The notes: generated by a model not told the origin, from the sequence alone. A stretch of 64,000 bases of DNA from Oceanispirochaeta sp. (GCA_963663385.2 CAXXXD010000002.1:1568001-1632000), one strand, 5' to 3'. Counted from the stretch's first letter, positions 9,502 to 18,790 are shown. Program-made: numbers and translations.

Positions 9502-11304
9502 TTACAGCATATTTTTTGCTAATTTTTTCAGGGTATATACCTTTGTGGTTTTGTTTTTTCCTTTAACAGTTGTAGATCCAAGATATTTCAGGGGATAATC
9601 GTCAGACAGCAGGGTGCTTGTTTCTTTGCTCAGCAGTATGGAGTAGCCTGCTGTTTTTGTCATGCTTTCAAGTCGGGAAGCCAGATTAACAGCATCTGAT
9701 ATAACTGTTCCCTGATAACGTTCTTCTTCTCCCAGTATACCCAGCATGGCTTCACCCGTGTGTATTCCTATACCTATTCTGATTTCCGGGAATCCCTCAG
9801 CTTCCATTTTTTTGTTTACATCAACCAGTTTATCAAGCATTTCCAAGGCTGTTTTTACAGCATCCGAAGGATCATCAGGAAATAATGCCATAACGGCATC
9901 ACCTATGTATTTATCAATAAATCCATGATTCTCCCTTACAATAGGTCCCATCTCTTTTAAGTAGGCATTAAGAAATGAAAAATTCTCTTCGGGAGACATG
10001 GCTTCGCTTATAGTGGTGAAAGAACGGATATCGGAAAAAAGGATTGTTATTTCACATTGGACCTGGTCACCCAGGAGAACCTCGGTTATCTCTTTTCTAT
10101 GCAGATATTGGAGGAATTCTTTGGGAACATAGCGTGTAAATGCTCTATTCTGCTCTTTGATATGTTTTTCGTTTAGTAAATAGGAATAAAAGGGGAGAGT
10201 ACCCAGTATGATAAAAAAGATCCGGGGACCAAGGAATAAGGGCCAGTCTCCGAATATATCTGTATACTCACTAAACAGCTGCAGTATATATGTTGCTCCA
10301 AGCACAAGAAATGCTGCAATAAAGAAAGGGGCAAATATGTTTTTTCTCTGTTTGATTCCCAGGTGAAGGGATACTCCGATATAGAGCAGAATGGGATAGA
10401 ACAGGGCCATTTCATCAGCCCATTCGTAAAAGTTTCCACTGATCATTACCAGAACGTGAATTATCAGTACAAGTCCCTGGACAACTGTCAGTAATTTCAG
10501 AAAAATCTGCCAGCTGCTGCCCATATAGGATAGATAAAACAGGACCAGGAATACAGGCATTATATCCTGTGCAATAAGGGGAATAAAAAAATCATAGACA
10601 GGATTAATCTGAATAAATACATTAATAAGATTTGATTCAAATATGGAAAAAAGGGCAAATGTCAGAGCAAAGAGGCTAAACCAGATAAGATAGTATTCTC
10701 TGCTTTTTATCCGGAAGAAAAAGAACAGCATCATCACAAGGCTAATCAATACAGCAAAAAAAGAGAAAATTACGATCAGGTATTCTTCGTAGAGGTAGTA
10801 CATATAAAAACGGGTTTGATCAACATTTCCGAGACTGTTGTCAGCCAGGTATATTTCTTCACCTGCATAGGGATTTGTTTCAATGCGAAAGAAGAGGGGC
10901 TCTCCACTTTTCAACTTTTCAGAAAAATAGAATTGATATGAAAATCTATCTGTATTGGTTTTATCTTTACTTTCCAGAGGCATTCCCTGATAGAATACTT
11001 CCACATTTGTACTATATGACTCAACAATAACAACAGGATCGATGAGGAGACCAGCGGGTATGATATACCTCTTCCAGTAGAACTCTGCCTGATCCAGTTC
11101 TTCTCCTTCAATATCATCTTCCAGGAGCCATAAATCTTCAGCATACAGTTTCTTCAATTCCTGCTCACTGTGGTGAGGAATATCTCCTACATGAAAATAT
11201 AATAATTCATCCGGAATGTGATAGGCCTCTATGGAGGGGATCCATTCCTGGGAAAACAATAAAGGCCCAAGGCATAAGAGAATCATGGTTAAGATCTTCT
11301 TCAT
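9502..11304 (-). CDS. Membrane class III adenylate/guanylate cyclase with extracellular and 7TM-DISM-like region
   Basis: TILFSDIRSFT, IDKYIGDAVMA, GIGIHTG and SDAVNLASRLE; signal peptide plus about 7 hydrophobic helices; the K in DKYIGD points to ATP specificity. Confidence 0.92.
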   Translation of the reverse strand: MKKILTMILLCLGPLLFSQEWIPSIEAYHIPDELLYFHVGDIPHHSEQELKKLYAEDLWLLEDDIEGEELDQAEFYWKRYIIPAGLLIDPVVIVESYSTNVEVFYQGMPLESKDKTNTDRFSYQFYFSEKLKSGEPLFFRIETNPYAGEEIYLADNSLGNVDQTRFYMYYLYEEYLIVIFSFFAVLISLVMMLFFFFRIKSREYYLIWFSLFALTFALFSIFESNLINVFIQINPVYDFFIPLIAQDIMPVFLVLFYLSYMGSSWQIFLKLLTVVQGLVLIIHVLVMISGNFYEWADEMALFYPILLYIGVSLHLGIKQRKNIFAPFFIAAFLVLGATYILQLFSEYTDIFGDWPLFLGPRIFFIILGTLPFYSYLLNEKHIKEQNRAFTRYVPKEFLQYLHRKEITEVLLGDQVQCEITILFSDIRSFTTISEAMSPEENFSFLNAYLKEMGPIVRENHGFIDKYIGDAVMALFPDDPSDAVKTALEMLDKLVDVNKKMEAEGFPEIRIGIGIHTGEAMLGILGEEERYQGTVISDAVNLASRLESMTKTAGYSILLSKETSTLLSDDYPLKYLGSTTVKGKNKTTKVYTLKKLAKNML

Positions 11305-11375
11305 ACCTTTTACCCTAGAAAGCAGATACCGGATTGTCAAATTCTTTCTGTTTAATTCTTTATTTTCAGAACCTT

Positions 11376-11972
11376 TCAGATTATTCCGGATATCTTAATA
11401 GCCGTAGCCATTAGAAGCAGGGATAGACTTATATTTACAGCCTGTTTCACAATAGTCCTTTTCATAAACCTTCTTATTAAATTTCCAAACAGTGTCCAGG
11501 TTGAGATGGACGCCAGACTGACGGAGGCAAAGCCGACAGCAGATAGGGGGAGGTAAAGTGAGTGACGGGGCAGATCTCTCAGGATTGTGGAATAAATAGT
11601 TAAACCATAAATGATAACTTTGGGATTCAGGATCTGCAGGAGAAATCCATTAACATATTGTAGTGGTTTCTGATTCTCTTCGTCAAAATTGTAATTGGCA
11701 CGGAGTGTGTGCCAGGCCAGTCAGGTGATATAGAGTGCACCGATCACAGACATAATCTTTTCAATATTGGGTATCCGATTCATCAGGCTTACTGAGGTAT
11801 AAGCACAAACCATCATGATCAGTATAAATCCTGAAAAAATACCCAGGAGGAAGGGGAGGGTCTTCCTGTATCCGAATCCCAGACCCATGGAGGCACTGGC
11901 AATATTATTTGGTCCGGGAGTAAAGGTTGTAATGATAACGAACGAGAGCAGAGGCAGCAGATCCGGATTCAT
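11376..11972 (-). pseudogene. LysE/RhtB family exporter (EamB-like) interrupted by a single in-frame TGA at codon 84
   Basis: TPGPNN motif; after the TGA (11721-11723) the same frame continues LAWHTL...GFLLQILNPKVIIY...WTLFG to a stop at 11376; AAGGAG RBS. Confidence 0.88.
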
Positions 11973-12023
11973 TTGAGCTCCTTGAATTTTACTCAATCCT
12001 GATTGTACAATAACAGCCTTATT

Positions 12024-12926
12024 ATGAGCAATGAAAACAAAGCAAAAGGGACCTTATGGGTTCTGATATGTGTCCTCTTATGGGCCATGATTCCGGTTGT
12101 CTCCAAACTGGGACAAGCTGAACTGGATAACCACCAGCTGTTGTTCTGGTCCAGTCTGATCTCCTTTCTTGTGCTGTTTCTGACCGTAGTTGGAAAAGGG
12201 CAGTTCAGCATTTACCGGACAATACCCCTCCGTCAGTATCTGTTCCTTTTTCTTCTGGGAATGCTGGGGACCTATCTCTACTACCTTCTGTTGTACCTGG
12301 GTTATGCCAAAGCAAAAGGGATGGAAGTGCTGGTTGTCCAATACACCTGGCCTATTCTGATTGTTGTTCTTTCCATATTTATACTGAGGGAGAAGCTGAC
12401 TGTCCGGAAAATAGCCGCCATAATGTGCGGGTTTGTAGGGGTATTGATTGTCCTTACAAAAGGAGACTTTCAAAACATTCATTTCAGCAGCCTTCAGGTT
12501 ATCCTCTGGGTGCTGGCGGGCTCCTTCTGCTTTGCCCTGTTCTCTGTACTGAGCAAGACCGTTAAGATCGATCCCATTGCAGCGTCTTCCATTTACTTCT
12601 TTATAGCGGCCGTGGCATCCTTTGTATCCATGATGTTCTTTTCCAAATGGCAGTTCCCGACTGCTCAGGAGTGGTGGCCCGTGATTCTCAACGGAGTGCT
12701 GGTTAACGGTTTTTCCTATGTATTCTGGATCTTTGCCCTGCGGTCTACAAATGCCTCTTTTGTGGCGCCTTTTACCTATTTAACCCCTATTCTGTCGGCA
12801 GTCTATCTGGTTATTTTTTTCCGGGAACCCTTCCTGCCGGCTTACGGACTGGGACTGGTGCTTGTGCTGACGGGAGGATTGATTAATCTGGATTTTGGGA
12901 AGAAAAGGGGACAGATGAGGGTTTAA
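12024..12926 (+). CDS. DMT/EamA family transporter
   Basis: About 10 TM helices in two EamA-like repeats; QYTWP and YLTPILS motifs. Confidence 0.9.
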   Translation: MSNENKAKGTLWVLICVLLWAMIPVVSKLGQAELDNHQLLFWSSLISFLVLFLTVVGKGQFSIYRTIPLRQYLFLFLLGMLGTYLYYLLLYLGYAKAKGMEVLVVQYTWPILIVVLSIFILREKLTVRKIAAIMCGFVGVLIVLTKGDFQNIHFSSLQVILWVLAGSFCFALFSVLSKTVKIDPIAASSIYFFIAAVASFVSMMFFSKWQFPTAQEWWPVILNGVLVNGFSYVFWIFALRSTNASFVAPFTYLTPILSAVYLVIFFREPFLPAYGLGLVLVLTGGLINLDFGKKRGQMRV

Positions 12927-12963
12927 TCTGTTAAAAAAAACTAGCTCTAGTCTGGAGGGCAGG

Positions 12964-13158
12964 ATGATTGTTGATACTATAGCAGAGGCAGAAGTTCATT
13001 TTGATGCTCTTATTGAAAAAGTTCTTCAGGGTGAGGACGTAATTATCAAGAAAAACGGTAAACCTGTAGCCGTATTGAGTAAGTTTGAAAACATTAAAGT
13101 CTCCCGTGAACCGGGAGCTTTTAAAGGTCTGATTAAGATTTCAGATGATTTTGGATAG
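12964..13158 (+). pseudogene. Phd/YefM-family antitoxin, C-terminally truncated, with no intact toxin
   Basis: EAEVHFDALIEKVLQGEDVIIKKNGKPVAVL...PGAFKGLIKISDDF; the usual tail continues past the TAG as LSSDITFAF. Confidence 0.7.
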
Positions 13159-13233
13159 CTTTCATCTGATATAACTTTTGCTTTTTGAATGAAGAAATTA
13201 GCTGATACTTTTAACTATAGAATTAGAGGTGTT

Positions 13234-13667
13234 TTATTCTGTAGTATCACAGGTAATTTCAATTGAGAAATCAAAGGGTGTTCCGTAAACTCTATCATCC
13301 ATCTTGTAGATACCATCACCATCGTCATCGCTGATGCAGTCTGTCAAATCCCATACCAAACAAACTGAAATATTCTGTACATCTTCTTCAACTATTATGC
13401 CATCAAAAGGTATAAATAAGGCTCCATCCATATCAATTTCAGGATTGTCTGGTAAGAAATCCTCCAGAAAATCATTACCATTGTAGCTGTAAAAGTATGT
13501 TCTTGGAATATAAATAGCAGAATCGCCAATTAACTCTCTATCAATCAGGAATATGGAATTACCATTGATTGAACTGCATTCATCTGTATCTATGTTATAA
13601 GGAGAAACAATAGCGTTATTATGCTTAAAAGAGAAGTTACCGGCACCAATATCAATGCGTATAATAT
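13234..13667 (-). pseudogene. 3' remnant of an AT-rich hypothetical gene whose 5' end is replaced by an IS end
   Basis: The first 17 codons of ORF 13234..13719 lie inside the IS3 end; the rest is an acidic open frame. Confidence 0.6.
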
Positions 13668-13888
13668 TGTAATCCCCCCATTTAAAGAAGTCGTCTTTAG
13701 TAGACTTTTTAAACAGCAACAGTTTTCTTCCTTGGGGGAATCCCTCCTACTGCTGAATTAGGGCGCCCATTATTATATGTCCATAACCATTTGGTAGCAA
13801 GATTCTGAGCTTGTTCAATTGAATCAAAATTCACAAGATCTAACCATTCATTGCGTACTGTTCTATTAAATCTTTCAAGTTAAGCATT
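13668..13888 (-). mobile_element. IS3-family remnant: transposase C-terminus plus right terminal inverted repeat
   Basis: Minus strand reads NA*LERFNRTVRNEWLDLVNFDSIEQAQNLATKWLWTYNNGRPNSAVGGIPPRKKTVAV* (stop 13709-13711), then ...tggggggattaca (TGTAATCCCCCC on + at 13668), a typical IS3 TG...CA end. Confidence 0.88.
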
Positions 13889-14019
13889 AAGCAAATCTAA
13901 GTTAATAATGCATCATAAATATTTAGAATTGATGGGATTGTTTTGCTTTTATTTCTCTTTGCAATAATTCTTATTCTAATGAAAATAGCAATAGCTCAGT
14001 ATCTGTAAATTCAGTCCTT

Positions 14020-14214
14020 TTGAATGTTATATTATCAACTGTTGATCGCCTAGGAATTGATTATTCTGTTGGTGGTGAGATTCAAAAAATAAAGGGGCAG
14101 AAAACTGAGACATACCCTGATAGAAGTGAAATTTGGGATGTTAGTGTAGACTATTTGAGATTTACTAATGATTCAACTGTAACTGTTGAAACATCAATTC
14201 ACACAAAACCATAG
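14020..14214 (+). other. Short AT-rich ORF, probably a gene fragment
   Basis: 64 aa, TTG start, no clear RBS, within the decayed patch. Confidence 0.3.
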
Positions 14215-14247
14215 CATATTAGCCGGATTCATATCCGACTTGTGTTT

Positions 14248-14523
14248 TTAACGCCGACCAGTCAGCTTGATAATATGAAATCCGAACTGTGTCTGCACTA
14301 CATTGCTGTAGCTGCCAACAGACATGCGTTTACAGGCTTCTTCAAACTGGCCGACCATTTTACCCGGACCGAACCAGCCCAGATCGCCCCCTTTATTCTT
14401 GCTGGGGCAGGTGGAGAACTCCTTGGCCAGGGCCCGGAAATCCCCTCCGGTTTTGCACCTTCTTAAAAGATCGTTTGCCAGGTTTCTATCTTTAACGAGT
14501 ATGTGACTTGCACGCCATTCCAT
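14248..14523 (-). CDS. ppiC: Parvulin-type peptidyl-prolyl cis-trans isomerase
   Basis: ASHILVK, CPSKNKGGDLGWF and QTQFGFHII; GGAGG RBS before ATG at 14523. Confidence 0.95.
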   Translation of the reverse strand: MEWRASHILVKDRNLANDLLRRCKTGGDFRALAKEFSTCPSKNKGGDLGWFGPGKMVGQFEEACKRMSVGSYSNVVQTQFGFHIIKLTGRR

Positions 14524-14740
14524 GGAATGCCCTCCGTTTTTATTGTAAGGATGGGTTATTATAGAAAAATCGGAGTTTCTTGGCCAGTACGGTGCTTCAG
14601 ATCGCCATTTCAAGGGTTTCAAATCTTGACTTCCCGCTGTTTTCGGCATAAATTGATAAAAAAATATCTACCCCTGAGGAATACGCATCTTGATCTACTT
14701 GAAGAAGAATCAGGGCTGATCTGACGGGAAGGAGTCTGAA

Positions 14741-15718
14741 ATGAAAAACATTCTTCTAACGGGATTACTTATCCTGGTTTCACTTTCCCTGCTTACTGCA
14801 GGTGGAGCTCAGGAGAAGGCGGAACCGGAAAATCCCGGCCGACCCGTTAAAATAGCCGTGCTGAACGGACCTTCCGGAATCGGAATGATTCAGCTTATGG
14901 CCAATCCTCCCTTAAAAGATAAGGATATTACCGTAGAAACCGTAGCTATCGGAGCGCCCAAGGTACTCCTGGGACAGCTGATCAAGGAGGAATGGGACTT
15001 TGCCGCTCTTCCCGCCAATATGGCCGCCATTCTTTTTAACAAAGGTGTTCCCTATAAACTTGCCGCCGTTACGGGACTGGGCAACCTTTTTCTGATTGCC
15101 GACAAATCTGCTGGTGAACTATCTATTCATGACTTGAGGGATAAAACGGTTTTCATCCCAGGCAAGAACACAACTCCCGATCTGATTATGCAGCTCTTGA
15201 GTGATACCAACGCTGTCCCTGTAAATATGGATTACAGTTTCAACCCGAGCGATCTGGCTAAAGCCATGATTGGCGGGGTCGCCGACCTGGCTGTTCTTCC
15301 CGAACCCATGGCTACCATGGCCCTGAGTAAAAACCCGAACCTGCATATAGCAGCAGACCTTCAGGATCTCTGGGAAGATACCTATCCCGATAAAGGGATT
15401 TTTCCTATTACAGTTATGGTTGCCAATGCTGATTTTGCAGAAGAAAACCCCGTATTGACCAAAGAGATTCTGCTGGCTGCCGAGGATTCCATCAAATGGG
15501 TGACAGAAAACCCTGCAGATGCTTCCGTACTGATTGGAAAACACGGTTTCCTTCTGCCGGCACCGGTGGTGGAGAAAGCCATTCCCAACAGCAACTACAG
15601 CTTTCTGACAGGCGAAGAGGCCATGAAATCAGCGGATCCCTATTTTCAGGAAGTATACAGGATCAACCCTGCCGCTCTGGGGGGAGCTCTCCCCGGTGAG
15701 GAACTCTACCTGAAATAA
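14741..15718 (+). CDS. NitT/TauT-type ABC transporter substrate-binding protein
   Basis: Signal peptide; GPSGIG, PANMAA and AVLPEP motifs; followed by permease and ATPase. Confidence 0.85.
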   Translation: MKNILLTGLLILVSLSLLTAGGAQEKAEPENPGRPVKIAVLNGPSGIGMIQLMANPPLKDKDITVETVAIGAPKVLLGQLIKEEWDFAALPANMAAILFNKGVPYKLAAVTGLGNLFLIADKSAGELSIHDLRDKTVFIPGKNTTPDLIMQLLSDTNAVPVNMDYSFNPSDLAKAMIGGVADLAVLPEPMATMALSKNPNLHIAADLQDLWEDTYPDKGIFPITVMVANADFAEENPVLTKEILLAAEDSIKWVTENPADASVLIGKHGFLLPAPVVEKAIPNSNYSFLTGEEAMKSADPYFQEVYRINPAALGGALPGEELYLK

Positions 15719-16500
15719 TGATTCATCTTAAAGACCGCCTCAAAACTACACTGTTATCAGTCATCCTGTACGTTGCGGTCTGGAAGCTGCTCTCTTTTCT
15801 GATAGACAGGGAGATTATCCTTCCTTCCCCCGAAACAGTACTTGGACAGGTATTGGGTCTCCTTGTGAAAGGGGATGTCCTCCGGCAGATCCTGCCCACC
15901 GTGGCAAGAGGATTGGGCGGGTTCGCACTATCCCTTCTTGCAGGAGTCTGCTTCGGACTGGCTGCCGGCAGGAGCGACAGATTCAGATGGTTCCTGAATC
16001 CTCTGATTATAAGTATCCGCTCCATTCCCGTTCTATCCCTGATTCTGCTGGCTATCATCTGGTTCAGAACAGAACTGGTTCCCGTTTTTATCTGCTTTCT
16101 GGTTGTATTTCCCATTATTACGGGCAGTGTGACCACCGGTGTAAAACAGGTGGATCCGGAACTGCTGGAAATGGCATCCATATACAGAAAGACAAAACGG
16201 GAAAAACTGAAAGCGATCTATCTCCCTTCCATTCTGCCCTATGTGAGCAGCGGTATCTCCTCGGGCCTGGGGCTGACCTGGAAGTCCGTTGTCGCTGCGG
16301 AGGTGCTCAGTATGCCTACCCGGGGTATGGGAACGGCTATGCAGACCGCTCAGATGCAGCTTGATACGGCCATCCTTTTTGCCTGGACCGTCCTTATTGT
16401 GCTTCTGTCGGCTTTTTTTGACGGGATAGTGTTATTCCTCGAAAAACGGATTATAGGAGAGCAGAGAGGCCGCAGGATTACAGGTGCTGTGCATGATTAA
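15718..16500 (+). CDS. NitT/TauT-type ABC transporter permease
   Basis: ILPSP, RSIPVLS, VDPELLEMA and WKSVVAAEVL. Confidence 0.92.
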   Translation: MIHLKDRLKTTLLSVILYVAVWKLLSFLIDREIILPSPETVLGQVLGLLVKGDVLRQILPTVARGLGGFALSLLAGVCFGLAAGRSDRFRWFLNPLIISIRSIPVLSLILLAIIWFRTELVPVFICFLVVFPIITGSVTTGVKQVDPELLEMASIYRKTKREKLKAIYLPSILPYVSSGISSGLGLTWKSVVAAEVLSMPTRGMGTAMQTAQMQLDTAILFAWTVLIVLLSAFFDGIVLFLEKRIIGEQRGRRITGAVHD

Positions 16501-17200
16501 GTGGAATTCCATATTTTTCAATTACGGCACCCTGTGTGTGCTGGATGATTTCTCCCTGGAAATGGACGACCCCGGCGTCACTGTTCTTCTGGGGCCCTCC
16601 GGCAGCGGTAAAACAACCCTTCTTCATCTGGCGGCAGGCCTGCGGTCTCCCCGGGAAGGAGAAGTTATAAATCCCTTCAGGAATACACAAAGCTACCTTT
16701 TTCAGAAACCCCGGCTCCTCCCCTGGAAGAACATCCGGGATAATGCGGCTTTTGCCCTGCCTTCCCGCATGGATCCGAAGCAGGTAGAACAGAGGGTTAT
16801 GGATACGCTGAAACTTGTCGGACTGGATGATTTTGCCGAATACCACCCCCGGGAGTTGAGCGGAGGTATGGAGCAGCGCGCAGCCATTGCCAGAGCTTTT
16901 GTTCCCGATGCTGAACTTCTCTTAATGGACGAGCCCTTCAAGGGGCTGGATTTGAAAATGAAGATGCCCCTTCTGGAACTGATACTGGAAATCCTTAAAG
17001 TTCGCAAAACCCGGACCATTCTGGTAACCCACGATGTGCGGGAAGCGATTCTGATGGGAGACCGGATTATCCTGCTGCAGGGACCGCCCCTGCGGGTGAG
17101 GGATAACTTCATCAATCCCTGTAGCCGGGAACAGCGAAATATGGAACATCAGGCTTTTTACGACCTGGAGCACCATCTTTATAAACTGATATTGGAATAG
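16493..17200 (+). CDS. NitT/TauT-type ABC transporter ATP-binding protein
   Basis: GPSGSGKTT, LSGGMEQR, LLLMDEPF and VTHD. Confidence 0.95.
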   Translation: MIKWNSIFFNYGTLCVLDDFSLEMDDPGVTVLLGPSGSGKTTLLHLAAGLRSPREGEVINPFRNTQSYLFQKPRLLPWKNIRDNAAFALPSRMDPKQVEQRVMDTLKLVGLDDFAEYHPRELSGGMEQRAAIARAFVPDAELLLMDEPFKGLDLKMKMPLLELILEILKVRKTRTILVTHDVREAILMGDRIILLQGPPLRVRDNFINPCSREQRNMEHQAFYDLEHHLYKLILE

Positions 17201-17241
17201 AATTCTTTCCGGAAGCATGCATTTCCAGTAAATAATAATAC

Positions 17242-17445
17242 CCGGATTTATTCCAACCCTCACCCCCATCCCCTCTCCCAAAAGGCGAGGAAAGAATTGC
17301 TATATTGACTGATAGTTAAAGAGATTAATCGAGATTCTTATCAAAATAGTGCCTGTAATAAATAATTTGCAGTTAATAAATTAGTCAATTTCATCCCCTC
17401 TCCTCATAGGAGAGGGGAAAGAGGGGTGAGGGTTGGTAAACTGGA
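17242..17445. repeat. About 200-bp imperfect palindrome bounded by inverted BoxC/REP-like units
   Basis: ccaaccctcacccc (17253-17266) is the exact reverse complement of ggggtgagggttgg (17423-17436); internal hairpin cccctctcct-cat-aggagagggg (17395-17417); inner attgact/agtcaat pair. Confidence 0.8.
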
Positions 17446-17498
17446 TTCATACAAATTATTTCTTGCGGATATCTGTATGTATTAGAAGAAAACCTGTT

Positions 17499-18503
17499 CT
17501 ACTGCAATTTTACGTAACTCCGCAGGTTTTCCACCTTGGTTTCAACCAGTCCTCTGGCTTCGGCTGAAGATATAAACTTCTTGAATTTGCTGAATCCCAG
17601 ATTCTTCATGATTATGCCTTTGTCCTTGAGTGTGGAGCTCAGAATGGAGTAGGGGTGGTACTGGGGACCTTTCTTGCCGTCCAGCTCCTCCAGGGTTATT
17701 ACAAGGGTCTTCAGGGCCTGCTGAAGAGAACCTACCTCCTGAACATACCCTTTTCCGGGAAGGATGTTGGTCTGGCTGTCCTTTTCCTCCTCCAGATTGA
17801 CATAACCCGCTTTTACGGCTGCGGTGATAAAAGAGCTCCATCGTTTATACCCCAGGCTCTTCTCATCAAAGTCCCGGTTCAGCATTTTCATTTTTATTTT
17901 CACGGAACCCATATTGCCGCGCTTGCCATCTTTCTGGAGAATTGTTGCCGTTTCCGCCAGGCGCTCAAACCAGTACTCCTTAGAATGTTTCTGCCTGGTC
18001 TGGGTACTGTCATCTTCATCGCCGGAATCATCGTCATCATCGCTGTCGGGTATCAGTTCCCTGTAGTCGGTGAAGCTGTCTGCCAGAATCAGAAGATCCT
18101 GTGCCGCCGTTTTGATATCACAGATTACATGGATTTTTTTACCCGACTTGCGAAGGGTAAGCAGGAGCGATCGAAAATCGCTGTCGCCGGTAATCAGAAT
18201 AAATGTGTCAATGTGGCCATGGAAACGGAGAATTTCCATGGCATCAGTTACCAGCTGCATATCAGAACCGTTCTTGTTCCGTCTCACCCTCTGGTAGGGG
18301 ACGTGTACCATATAAAAATGCATCCCCGCCAGGATCGGGCCCAGGGAGCGGAAGCCCGGTTTACTCCAGTCCGCATAAGCATAGGATGTCACAACCCGTC
18401 CTTTGGATTCCGCATAGTCCCACATACCCTGAATCAACAGGTTGTCATTGCTGGAAGGGGTAACATTTTCTATATCCCAGAGGATGGCTACGTTTTCAGT
18501 CAT
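17499..18503 (-). CDS. NYN (LabA/DUF88) domain protein with two C-terminal OST-HTH/LOTUS-like domains
   Basis: ILWDIEN, AYADWS, KNGSDMQL and LITGDSDF; FDEKSLGYKRWSSFI and KNLGFSKFKKFI repeats. Confidence 0.88.
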   Translation of the reverse strand: MTENVAILWDIENVTPSSNDNLLIQGMWDYAESKGRVVTSYAYADWSKPGFRSLGPILAGMHFYMVHVPYQRVRRNKNGSDMQLVTDAMEILRFHGHIDTFILITGDSDFRSLLLTLRKSGKKIHVICDIKTAAQDLLILADSFTDYRELIPDSDDDDDSGDEDDSTQTRQKHSKEYWFERLAETATILQKDGKRGNMGSVKIKMKMLNRDFDEKSLGYKRWSSFITAAVKAGYVNLEEEKDSQTNILPGKGYVQEVGSLQQALKTLVITLEELDGKKGPQYHPYSILSSTLKDKGIIMKNLGFSKFKKFISSAEARGLVETKVENLRSYVKLQ

Positions 18504-18639
18504 ACAATTTCCTCCTTGGTAAATAAAGGTTTTTACCTTTGTGTATGTCTAAATAATTATTTTATAAAGATAGCATGCTTTTCCGTTAATCCCTATAGTT
18601 CATTTGGCTTATATGGAAATATACATGCTGTGGGGGTAT

Positions 18640-18668
18640 AAAAAAACCGCTTCCTCATTGGAAGCGGT
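18640..18668 (-). terminator. Intrinsic terminator after tRNA-Phe copy 1
   Basis: accgcttcc/ggaagcggt stem followed by a T-run on the minus strand. Confidence 0.85.
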
Positions 18669-18675
18669 CAGTATG

Positions 18676-18748
<73 letters not shown>

Positions 18749-18761
18749 AACTGCGTGAATG

Positions 18762-18790
18762 AATATACACGTCTGCCGGATTTCTGTCAA
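18762..18790 (-). promoter_or_regulatory. Sigma70-type promoter for tRNA-Phe copy 1
   Basis: TTGACA-17 bp-TATATT. Confidence 0.75.

Noticed and set aside
11721..11723. Selenocysteine or genetic-code reassignment at the in-frame TGA
   Set aside because: The position corresponds to Trp, not Cys, in a transporter, and many neighbouring genes end properly in TGA
14674..14725. Hammerhead ribozyme (CUGAGGA) or fluoride/TPP riboswitch
   Set aside because: No GAAA core or three-stem arrangement; the conserved riboswitch cores are absent
17655..18641. 328-aa plus-strand ORF
   Set aside because: Antisense to the motif-bearing NYN gene
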